Assembly: GCA_029762625.1 (NCBI GenBank)
Contig: JARVGI010000003.1
Span: forward strand, 81,909 to 145,908
DNA length: 64,000 bases
Direction of reading: 5' to 3'
Source: Methanomicrobiaceae archaeon
Lineage (GTDB): Archaea; Halobacteriota; Methanomicrobia; Methanomicrobiales; Methanomicrobiaceae
Below, piece by piece: positions 56,648 through 64,000 of the stretch. Position numbers and translations under genes: made by a program. The notes under the pieces are model-generated. The model saw nothing but the letters and a program-made list of their open reading frames with translations, did no database searches and was not told where the DNA came from. Positions within the stretch are counted from its first letter, which is position 1; each line of letters begins with the position of its first letter.

Positions 56648-57339
56648 GCCGCTGGCCCCCTGATCCTGTCCACGGCACTCTCAGAGAGCACGTTGAGGCG
56701 CACCAGCAGATCCGGGCGCGCAGAGATGATATACTTGAAGACCAGAGCGATGACCAGCCCTTCGATGATGGCGAGCGGCACCTGGGTGATGGCGAAGACC
56801 GTGCCGAAAGCGGCCAGCGAAGTCATAAACCCACCGACCTCCGCAGGAAAGGCCAGAGCGAGCTGCATTGAGGTGACTATGTACGTGGAGAGGTCTGCGA
56901 GTGAGGCTGCGAGGAACACGGTCACGAAGGTGTTGATTCCGGCTTTCATGCCCGCCCGGTAGATGAGCCAGGCAATGATCGGTCCGGCGATGCCCATCGA
57001 AAAGACGTTGGCGCCCAGCGTGGTCAGTCCGCCGTGGGCGAGGAACAGGGCCTGGTAGATGAGCACGATCAGGGCCAGCACCGAGGTGATGAACGGGCCG
57101 AAGAGGATGGCACCGAGCCCGGTCCCGGTCGGGTGCGAGCAGCTCCCTGTCACCGAGGGGAGCTTGAGCGAAGAGAGGACGAAGATAAAAGCGCCCGCAA
57201 CGGCGAGCAGCGGGAGCGCCTCACGCCGTTCTCTGACAAGCATTTTCAACTGGTATAATCCGTAGATGACGAAAGGTGCCGAGATGAGGAACCATATCTG
57301 CCACCACGGGCCTGGTAAGAATCCTTCCATTATGTGCAT
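56644..57339 (-). CDS. cbiM: Cobalt transporter substrate component CbiM
   Basis: N-terminal MHIMEGFLP (the metal-binding MHI/AEG motif) and 7 TM segments. 4-nt overlap with cbiN. Confidence 0.9.
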   Translation of the reverse strand: MHIMEGFLPGPWWQIWFLISAPFVIYGLYQLKMLVRERREALPLLAVAGAFIFVLSSLKLPSVTGSCSHPTGTGLGAILFGPFITSVLALIVLIYQALFLAHGGLTTLGANVFSMGIAGPIIAWLIYRAGMKAGINTFVTVFLAASLADLSTYIVTSMQLALAFPAEVGGFMTSLAAFGTVFAITQVPLAIIEGLVIALVFKYIISARPDLLVRLNVLSESAVDRIRGPAA

Positions 57340-57508
57340 GAAATTAACCTCTGTTCAGGAGCATGTGGAATTTTTATCTAAAAAATCTAACTTTATTAAA
57401 TTTAAATTGATATGTCTCGATCCTCTCGCCACCACTGATGGCGGGGGCCCCGGCAGGGGGGGGAAGGACATGCTTATTGAGCAGGCAGCACACATATAAC
57501 TCCCATCA

Positions 57509-58834
57509 ATGGTACCCCGTATCGTGATCGCGGGCACCCACAGCGGGTGCGGCAAGACGAGCATCGCCAGCGGCATCATGGCCGCACTGGTGGCCCGAGG
57601 ACTCGTTGTCCAGCCCTTCAAGGTAGGGCCGGATTTCATCGATCCCAGCCACCATACGGCCATCTGCAGGCGCCCCTCACGCAACCTCGATCCCTTCATG
57701 ATGGGCGAAGAAGGGGTCGCCGCAACGTTCGCCCGCGCCGCCGCCGGAGCGGATATCGCCGTCATCGAGGGCGTCATGGGCTTGTACGACGGCCTCGAGG
57801 GGAGTGATTTCGGCAGCACCGCCCACGTGGCGAAGATCCTCGCCGCACCGCTGGTGCTGGTGGCGGATGTCAGGGGGGCGTCCCGCAGTGCAAATGCCAT
57901 GGTGAAGGGTTACCGGGAGTTCGACACTTCGGTGCCGTTTGGCGGGGTGATCTACAACCGCGTGGGGAGTGCTCGCCACCGGGCGATGATCGAGGAGGGA
58001 AGTGCCGATTGTGTGTTCGGCTGGATCCCGTGGCAGCGGGACCGGGCGGTGGAGAGCAGGCACCTGGGGCTGCAGATGGCCCACGAGACCGACCGCATGG
58101 GGGGATTTGGTGCGGTGGTGGAGGAGTGCTGTGATCTGGACGCTCTCCTCGGGCTCGCGCAGAGCGCCCCGCCCCTCAACGCCCCGCCCGAAGACCGGGA
58201 TGACGCCGGTGGACCACGGGTGCGCATCGGGGTCGCGTGGGACGAGGCTTTCTGCTTCTACTACCAGGACAACTTTGATCTCCTGCGGCGCATGGGGGCC
58301 GAGCTGGTCTTCTTCAGCCCCATGGCCGACGCTCTGCCCGAGGCGGACGCTCTCTATTTCGGCGGGGGCTATCCCGAGCTCCACGCAGGACGCCTCGAGA
58401 AGGCGAAGTGCCGGATTGAGATCCGGCGGGCGCTCGACGACGGCATGCCGGCCTACGGTGAGTGCGGCGGGCTCGTCTACCTCTCCGAGCGCTTGAAGGC
58501 AGGGGGCGAGTGGTCGATGGTCGGGGTGCTGCCCGCGGAGGCGGAGAAGATGGACCGCTTCCAGGCCCTCGGGTATGTCGACGCTTCCTGTGCAGGAAAA
58601 AATCCTCTGTTTGCGCCGGGAACGGGTATCCTGGGCCACGAGTTCCACTATACGCTGGTGACGTGCGCACCCGATGCCCGGTTCGCCCTGCACCTCTCCC
58701 GAGGGGAGGGCATCGTGATGGGTCGCGACGGTCTCTTCGAGCACAATGTGCTGGCCGGGTATACGCACGCGTATTTCACGCCGGAGGTTGCCGACGCCAT
58801 CGTCGGGGCCGCCCGCAGAGCTCGCAGGACATGA
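57509..58834 (+). CDS. cbiA: Cobyrinic acid a,c-diamide synthase family (CbiA; the F430-pathway paralog CfbB is not excluded)
   Basis: IVIAGTHSGCGKTS P-loop; C-terminal GATase with the YGECGGLVYL nucleophile Cys. Divergent from cbiM. Confidence 0.75.
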   Translation: MVPRIVIAGTHSGCGKTSIASGIMAALVARGLVVQPFKVGPDFIDPSHHTAICRRPSRNLDPFMMGEEGVAATFARAAAGADIAVIEGVMGLYDGLEGSDFGSTAHVAKILAAPLVLVADVRGASRSANAMVKGYREFDTSVPFGGVIYNRVGSARHRAMIEEGSADCVFGWIPWQRDRAVESRHLGLQMAHETDRMGGFGAVVEECCDLDALLGLAQSAPPLNAPPEDRDDAGGPRVRIGVAWDEAFCFYYQDNFDLLRRMGAELVFFSPMADALPEADALYFGGGYPELHAGRLEKAKCRIEIRRALDDGMPAYGECGGLVYLSERLKAGGEWSMVGVLPAEAEKMDRFQALGYVDASCAGKNPLFAPGTGILGHEFHYTLVTCAPDARFALHLSRGEGIVMGRDGLFEHNVLAGYTHAYFTPEVADAIVGAARRARRT

Positions 58835-58946
58835 AGGGCGGCAGGATGTACCTGCACGCTAAATTCTCAATATATTATATTAAATCCGCAATTTGTGGCG
58901 ATTTCGTCCGTTTACAAACGACAAGACGTATTAATACACGTGATCA

Positions 58947-59171
58947 ATGGAACCATTAAGAATGATCAGCAAGGCAATCCTCGAAGATGAAGAAACCTTC
59001 ATGCTCATCCTGCAGCTCACCGACATGGCGACGGCAGCGCATGAGCGGGGTGACTACGAAAAGAGGGACCACTACCTTGATGAAATACGACAACTGCGAG
59101 AGAGGATCACCCGCGTGAACCGCGAGGAATCAGCCGGAGAAGAGCAGGGACACGGAAATCCCGAAGAATAA
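58947..59171 (+). CDS. Hypothetical small acidic protein (74 aa)
   Basis: ORF preceded by a TATA-like atatattatattaaa at about 58870 and followed by a T5 tract (59172-59176). No recognisable motif. Confidence 0.4.
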   Translation: MEPLRMISKAILEDEETFMLILQLTDMATAAHERGDYEKRDHYLDEIRQLRERITRVNREESAGEEQGHGNPEE

Positions 59172-59260
59172 TTTTTACGAGCACTCTGCTCCCCGTGCAG
59201 TGCCGGAACGGAGAAACTTTCCATTTTTTTCCTCTGCTCCGCAATCGGAAGACCTCACGG

Positions 59261-60394
59261 TTATTCCTTTGCTCTGCAAATTGTAAAACTGCCGTATTTT
59301 CCTCCGCCGCCGGGGTGGAGGATGACGTCGCCTTCTCTGAGTGCGTCCACCGCCGCAGCAACCCGGGGGTCGATCTCTGCAATGTCCGCCACGGGCATAT
59401 CGATCAGGATATCGATCTCGGGGCCGAGGCCTGCGATGAGCGCATTGTAAACCTGCATGCATCCTTTTGTTGCGGGCGATGTCGTGCCGAGGCAGCGCTG
59501 GATGATCTCGCCCAGCGGGATGAGGTGCAGGTACGGGGGACGGGGTGCGGGTGCGCAGGGTGCGGCAAGCTCCCGTACACGGTCGGCGACTCCCTTTTTG
59601 ATCCTCCCCCTGTCAACCGGGCAGTGCCACCGGTGACGTTTTGCCTCCTCGAGAGAGTACTGAGTAAAACACCGGGTGCAGGCCGTCCTGCTGTACTTGC
59701 CCTCCTCGGGAAAAAAGCCTGCATTCATGGCGATCTCCCCCCGCCGGACCCGGGCGATCACCGACCTGACCGTGGCAGTGCCGGGCCTGAGCCTGTTAAA
59801 CTCTCTGCCAAGCTTGAGGGGGGATGCGCTGTGTGCATCTGAATTCGAGAGGAACGGAATGCCTTCCAGTTCGGCAATCCCCGCCCCGTAGGCACTGTCC
59901 GCAGAAAGCCCCAGCTCGAGAAAATCGATCGTCTCTTCGCCGAAGCAGTCGCGGATCGAATCGAAGGCGGCATACATCCCCGTCCAGGGGGTGAAGGCGT
60001 GCGCCGGGCCTATCAGCCCGCCAAGGCCGTGCACCGCCCTGGCGATGGCCTCTCCCCCCATATCCACGTGGGGGCGCCCCGCCTTCTCGATATCTCGCGC
60101 ATGGGGAGCCAGATCCGCGGCAAGTTCGGCGCATGCCTCGAAGTCCGCCATGATGGCAAGATAGTGTATCCTCCCCTTCCCTTCCACCTCGAGCGTGGGC
60201 ACGACGAGCACGCCTGCATCATTGTCGAGATGCTCCTGCCACATGCGCCGCCATGCTGCATTGAGGGCGTCGCCGCTTCCCAGCACCGAAATGCCCTTGC
60301 GTGTACAGGCATCGATGAGCGTCGGAGGAGTCATGGCAGCCGAAGTGGCCATCGAAAATGGGGAGTGGAGATGCAGGTCCGCGGTATCGGGCAT
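59261..60394 (-). CDS. PHP-domain protein of the endonuclease Q (TIGR00375-like) family
   Basis: ADLHLHSPFSMATS (PHP His motif), GPAHAFTPW, SNSDAHS, and Zn-finger-like CTRCF...HCP. Confidence 0.6.
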   Translation of the reverse strand: MPDTADLHLHSPFSMATSAAMTPPTLIDACTRKGISVLGSGDALNAAWRRMWQEHLDNDAGVLVVPTLEVEGKGRIHYLAIMADFEACAELAADLAPHARDIEKAGRPHVDMGGEAIARAVHGLGGLIGPAHAFTPWTGMYAAFDSIRDCFGEETIDFLELGLSADSAYGAGIAELEGIPFLSNSDAHSASPLKLGREFNRLRPGTATVRSVIARVRRGEIAMNAGFFPEEGKYSRTACTRCFTQYSLEEAKRHRWHCPVDRGRIKKGVADRVRELAAPCAPAPRPPYLHLIPLGEIIQRCLGTTSPATKGCMQVYNALIAGLGPEIDILIDMPVADIAEIDPRVAAAVDALREGDVILHPGGGGKYGSFTICRAKE

Positions 60395-60395
60395 A

Positions 60396-61139
60396 CTAGC
60401 CGATATAGTTCAGCTCTTCGTCGGATTTGGCCTGTTCGGTGGTGCGGAGCTTCTCGACGAGATGCTCCATCTCCTCGGCGCGCTCGAGCAGGCGCGTGGT
60501 ATCCACCTCTGTTTCGAGAATGGCGCAGAGCACTTCGAGCAGGCTGTGGGCGCTTTTCGGGTCAACGAGATACCCGGACGTCTCGCCCATCAGGCAGATC
60601 CCATCGATCCCGCGCAGCGCACCCATCCCGAGCAGGAGTCCCGAGGCCCCGATGATCCCGCCGCCGGGCTCGTCCTGTGTGAAGACCGCCCCCGCCTGCG
60701 CCACCTCGGCGTGCAGGTGGGACTGATTGACCGCCGCCAGCACCCGCGGCTTGTCCACGAGGTGGCCCACGCCGTAGCCGCCCAGCGTGATAACTCTTCG
60801 TACGCCGAGCTCCTCGGCGATGTCGAGATAGAAACTGCTCAGGAGATAGTGCCCCTCGCTCGAGGTGCTCTGGTAGTCGCCTACTAAAAAAAGCAGCTCC
60901 CGCTCCCCGTCACAGCGGTATATCTCGTTGTTGACCAGCCTGGCGACACCGTCTTTTTCGATCAGCACCTGCGGGGGGAAGTAGATGGAGTGGATCTCGG
61001 CGATCTTTTCTGCATCCATCTCGTGGATCATGTGCTCCGCAACCAGTTTGCCTACCTGGCCAATGCCGGGCAACCCCTCGATCAGGGTGGTGCCGTTGAT
61101 GTTTTGATCACGCAATAAATCGATGCTTATATCGTCCAT
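60396..61139 (-). CDS. PAC2-family proteasome assembly chaperone-like protein
   Basis: [20 protein letters not shown]...IITLGG...[11 protein letters not shown] is the archaeal PAC2/DUF75 pattern. Confidence 0.65.
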   Translation of the reverse strand: MDDISIDLLRDQNINGTTLIEGLPGIGQVGKLVAEHMIHEMDAEKIAEIHSIYFPPQVLIEKDGVARLVNNEIYRCDGERELLFLVGDYQSTSSEGHYLLSSFYLDIAEELGVRRVITLGGYGVGHLVDKPRVLAAVNQSHLHAEVAQAGAVFTQDEPGGGIIGASGLLLGMGALRGIDGICLMGETSGYLVDPKSAHSLLEVLCAILETEVDTTRLLERAEEMEHLVEKLRTTEQAKSDEELNYIG

Positions 61140-61288
61140 TGTCTGACCTCCCGTCGATAGCGCCCATACCGGTCGTCAGGAGAAAAACGTGCAGGGTGGG
61201 CGCTGACCGTCGCGTGCCCGCACCGCGGGCATATGCGGGAAAGGGTATACGTCCAATCTACCGGACAACGGCGTATCTTCCCGGTCAT
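61127..61288 (-). CDS. nop10: H/ACA RNP protein Nop10 (53 aa; absent from the ORF track)
   Basis: Manual translation: [53 protein letters not shown]. Zn ribbon C..(Y)TL...CP.CG plus the [10 protein letters not shown](K/R)Y signature. The ATG overlaps the aIF2-alpha TGA (ATGA), and the 3' end overlaps the PAC2 start by 13 nt. Confidence 0.85.
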   Translation of the reverse strand: MTGKIRRCPVDWTYTLSRICPRCGHATVSAHPARFSPDDRYGRYRREVRQWTI

Positions 61289-62073
61289 TGGCTCTTTCCG
61301 GCACGTTGCTTTCGCACAAATTTCCCTTCGCCATCCGCACGCTCCACCACGCCGATTGCCGCTTTGGCAGCCTTTTCGATGGATCGTTCGGCCTGCTTGT
61401 AATCAGGTGCGGTAACCTTGATGATGTATTTGGGCGCGCCGACATAATTGAGCTCGATCTTCACGCCCTGGAGCTTGGGCTGTGCGCTCCGCAGGGCTCT
61501 CCTGATGATATTGACACCGTCCGGCTTGGTCGAGGTGAGGATAAGGTGTCCGCTGATGGTCACCTGGGGGATCTTGACATTCTCGTGTGCCACCTGGATG
61601 AGCGCATCGGCGACCTTCTTCTCGACCCCCAGCTTCTGCAGCGTCGTCTCCTCGTCGAGAACCACATCCTCAAAGACCGGATAGAGCATTCCGTACTGGG
61701 CGTAAATAGTATCTTCTATCGTCTCTGCTTCAACACCGGAGGCTTCGCTGATGAACTCGATCCACCGGTGCGCTTTCTGCTCGTTCTTCCACTCGTGGAT
61801 CTTCTCGCGGCGCTGGTGCTCGTTGACGTCCTTCAGAGAGAGATCGATATGACCGCGTTCCCTGTTAACGTGAAGGACCTTGCAGACCACCTTCTGCCCT
61901 TCCCGCACGAAGTCGCGGATATGTTTGATCCATCCCCGTGCCACCTCTGCGATGGGAATGAGGCCCTCACGGCCCTTATATTCGTCAAGGGTAACAAATG
62001 CCACGAAATCCTTGACATTTGTCACCGTGCAGACGACAAGTTCTCCCTGATCGGGCCAGTCTCTCTCATTCAT
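61285..62073 (-). CDS. eif2a: Translation initiation factor aIF2 alpha subunit
   Basis: S1 domain: [48 protein letters not shown]. 262 aa. Conserved L44e-S27e-aIF2a-Nop10 gene order. Confidence 0.92.
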   Translation of the reverse strand: MNERDWPDQGELVVCTVTNVKDFVAFVTLDEYKGREGLIPIAEVARGWIKHIRDFVREGQKVVCKVLHVNRERGHIDLSLKDVNEHQRREKIHEWKNEQKAHRWIEFISEASGVEAETIEDTIYAQYGMLYPVFEDVVLDEETTLQKLGVEKKVADALIQVAHENVKIPQVTISGHLILTSTKPDGVNIIRRALRSAQPKLQGVKIELNYVGAPKYIIKVTAPDYKQAERSIEKAAKAAIGVVERADGEGKFVRKQRAGKSQ

Positions 62074-62079
62074 GGATAT

Positions 62080-62268
62080 TCACTCGAGCTGAGCGAGTAT
62101 TTCCGCCTTGATTGCCGCGTTGCCGCCCCGGGGCTCGGCCAGCACGTGGCCGCACACGGCGCAATCGACCGTGGTGCTTGCCTTTTCGAAGATGATCTGT
62201 TCGTTTTCGCAGTCCGGGCATCTGACGCGCACGAACCTGCTCCTGTTTTCCCTGATAAGACGTACCAT
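62080..62268 (-). CDS. rps27e: 30S ribosomal protein S27e
   Basis: Start ATG 62268: MVRLIRENRSRFVRVRCPDCENEQIIFEKASTTVDCAVCGHVLAEPRGGNAAI (C4 Zn ribbon). Confidence 0.9.
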   Translation of the reverse strand: MVRLIRENRSRFVRVRCPDCENEQIIFEKASTTVDCAVCGHVLAEPRGGNAAIKAEILAQLE

Positions 62269-62275
62269 CCCTGTT

Positions 62276-62554
62276 TCACTCCGTGAGTTCGAATTTCGAC
62301 ACCCTGAAGCCTTTGCGCAGGTGTGCCTTGCCGCATACAGTACAGCGGTAGCGGACATTGATCTTCTTGGTAGGCTTGTCGCCACCGGGAACCTTGGAGA
62401 ACTTGCCCATGTTCCCGACCGTGCCGCGGCGGGCTTTCTGGCGATCAATCCAGTTCATATAGCGATTCTTCCCCTTCTTAACCTTCTCGACCTCGTGAAC
62501 TTCATGCTTTCTGCAATATGGACAATAGGTCGTAAATTTTGTTGGCATTTTCAT
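62276..62554 (-). CDS. rpl44e: 50S ribosomal protein L44e
   Basis: Start [22 protein letters not shown]...[10 protein letters not shown] (C4 Zn). Confidence 0.9.
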   Translation of the reverse strand: MKMPTKFTTYCPYCRKHEVHEVEKVKKGKNRYMNWIDRQKARRGTVGNMGKFSKVPGGDKPTKKINVRYRCTVCGKAHLRKGFRVSKFELTE

Positions 62555-62592
62555 GGAATACGCCCCGTACTTCTGAATAGTAAATCCCATTA

Positions 62593-63204
62593 TTATTTGC
62601 TGATCCTGATACTTAAGGCTATGTCGCGCTCCAGAAGGACTGCAGCATTTTTTTCGGGAAGTGTTATCAGATCTTCTTTTTGAAGGTTATATATCCTCCC
62701 GTCAATTCCCATAAAAGAATCGATATCTTCCAGAATGCGGACAATTGCATAGCCGGATCCTGTTTCGGGCGCAGCCGTCGGGGGCAGGGGGGGCTGATCG
62801 GTGGGCATCTCCGGGCCCTTGATCGCTTCTCCCTCCTGCACTGTTATCTCCCGGGATGATTCGACCGCAAGGAGCTCCTGCCGGCAGCCCTCGATTGCCG
62901 CGGTGATCTCCTCAAACATCGCCCGCTCCGCAGGAAGCATCCGTTTTATCTCGTCCCTGTCCGCGTAACTGTTTTCGGTCTGGTTGACTGCCAGTTTGAG
63001 GATTTTTCGGGAACGGAGATGCACTATCTCCTGCAGCGTCTCCTCCACGCTCATGCTTTCGTTGAGTATGTTCCTTCCCCGGTCGGTAAGGAAGTTGTCG
63101 ATGGAGCGTGCTTCCCGGTAGAGCCCGTCGAGCAGTTTCCTCCCCTGGATGAATATATCCTGCTGAATGTCGCTCAGTTTTCCGCTTTCACGTTCATTGA
63201 ACAC
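62593..63204 (-). CDS. GINS complex subunit (Gins51/Gins15-type)
   Basis: GTG start at 63204, 16 nt after the priS stop. Helical A-domain, then B-domain [45 protein letters not shown]. The priS-gins linkage is conserved in archaea. Confidence 0.6.
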   Translation of the reverse strand: MFNERESGKLSDIQQDIFIQGRKLLDGLYREARSIDNFLTDRGRNILNESMSVEETLQEIVHLRSRKILKLAVNQTENSYADRDEIKRMLPAERAMFEEITAAIEGCRQELLAVESSREITVQEGEAIKGPEMPTDQPPLPPTAAPETGSGYAIVRILEDIDSFMGIDGRIYNLQKEDLITLPEKNAAVLLERDIALSIRISK

Positions 63205-63220
63205 GATCAGGCGAAGATCT

Positions 63221-64000
63221 TCAAGCTCCAGTTCTCATCCCCCCTCCGGCGATCTCGGCGAAGTTGCGGCAGCACAAAAAGACGGCGAGAGCTTCGGGAA
63301 CCGCATTTACCCCCCTGCACAGCTCGTAGCGGTTCCCGAGCAGGGGCACGGTCATGCGTGCAGCGCCGAGCTCGATTTTCATGGATTCCTCCCCGAACAC
63401 CACGGCGTCCACGAGAGGGTCGAAATCACCCAGTTCGGCAACAGAAAGCGGGGTTGCCCGAAAACCGCTGCCCCCGTGCAGGGAACCCGGCAGGCGGATG
63501 AGCCTTTTGATGTCGGTGGTCACCGGTTCGTCGGTGAGCGCCGCTCGCGCCCGCACCCGTTCCCTGATCTGCTCCTCACGACCTGCGATCACCGCCTGTA
63601 AAATCCGGTTCTTCGGGCTGTTGAGGACGATCTCCCGGGAAGCATCGCGCAGCTCCGCGGCCAGCTCAGGAAGCCTGTCGAGGAATGCCGCCGCCGTTTT
63701 TTCACCGATCCCCCGGTTGCCGGTGAGCTCGGCCATTGCCTCCCCGCGGTTCATCGAGCCGATCGCAGTGACCTCCTCGGCGAGCGCCTCCCTATACCGG
63801 GCGGGCCACCCTCGGTCCCGGAGATGGGCGCGGAGCATGATCGCGGGATCGAGACCGATCCCGCAGACATAGTCCACGAGCTCCCGGCGTTCGTGGCTGC
63901 CCCAATCCCTGATTTCCAGATCCCTGATATGGATATGGTAGCCGCGCCCCCCGGAAAACGCCAGTTCCATGGTTTTCTCTGAAAATCCCAGTTCACCGGA
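63221..64000 (-). CDS. priS: DNA primase small (catalytic) subunit PriS, C-terminal part; gene continues beyond the right edge
   Basis: FSGGRGYHIHI catalytic motif. The reading frame stays open upstream of the track's M (63970) to the window end (…SGELGFSEKTMELAFSGG). Confidence 0.85.
   Translation of the reverse strand, partial: SGELGFSEKTMELAFSGGRGYHIHIRDLEIRDWGSHERRELVDYVCGIGLDPAIMLRAHLRDRGWPARYREALAEEVTAIGSMNRGEAMAELTGNRGIGEKTAAAFLDRLPELAAELRDASREIVLNSPKNRILQAVIAGREEQIRERVRARAALTDEPVTTDIKRLIRLPGSLHGGSGFRATPLSVAELGDFDPLVDAVVFGEESMKIELGAARMTVPLLGNRYELCRGVNAVPEALAVFLCCRNFAEIAGGGMRTGA

Noticed and set aside
57340-57508. Cobalamin riboswitch upstream of cbiM/cbiA, and likewise at 48382..48598 upstream of cbiT
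   Set aside because: I cannot find a B12-box-like conserved core, and such riboswitches are not established in archaea. The spacers look like AT-rich divergent promoters. Running Rfam would settle this.
60396-60410. HbYX proteasome-activating motif at the C-terminus of the PAC2-like protein
   Set aside because: The C-terminus is ...ELNYIG, and the Tyr is not at the penultimate position required for HbYX.

Overview
GC-rich archaeal chromosome segment (about 60% GC by eye, not computed). It most likely comes from a Methanomicrobiales-type methanogen. The evidence for that is a split rpoB (B''/B'), an FrhB-family F420 protein, archaeal r-proteins (L30e, L44e, S27e), aIF2-alpha, Nop10, PriS/GINS, the anaerobic cbi cobalamin pathway and cbiMNQO. 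I support about 75 genes, nearly all core housekeeping.

Main blocks, left to right:
- Miscellaneous enzymes: PEBP, RNase HI, TsaA-like, tungsten AOR, Mrp/ApbC, an FMN GltS-like paralog and YgiQ radical SAM.
- A tandemly duplicated nitrogen cassette (glnA-amt-PII twice). The first amt is a clear pseudogene.
- A split glutamate synthase (GATase, FMN/Fd, GXGXG) plus an FrhB-like gene, divergent from glnA.
- cca-thpR.
- A glutaredoxin-like gene coupled to an NrdD-like gene with an atypical C-terminus.
- The RNA polymerase operon rpoH-B''-B'-A'-A''-L30e-NusA, and tRNA-Lys.
- A cluster of REC, Roadblock/LC7, tandem PATAN-like, TM-Roadblock, MinD and a small TM protein. This is my best candidate for an undescribed system.
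- tRNA-Pro, DUF89, TPR, NfeD/stomatin, S2P protease, RNase HII, TrkA and geranylgeranyl reductase with its ferredoxin.
- cbiTLFGHCDE, cbiOQNM (convergent) and cbiA.
- EndoQ-like, PAC2, nop10 (missing from the ORF track), aIF2-alpha, S27e, L44e, GINS and PriS (partial).

I saw no CRISPR array, transposase, integrase or prophage signature. Many long ORFs in the track are antisense artefacts of the high GC content. All function calls rest on my own recognition of motifs and families from the translated sequences; no database search was run.
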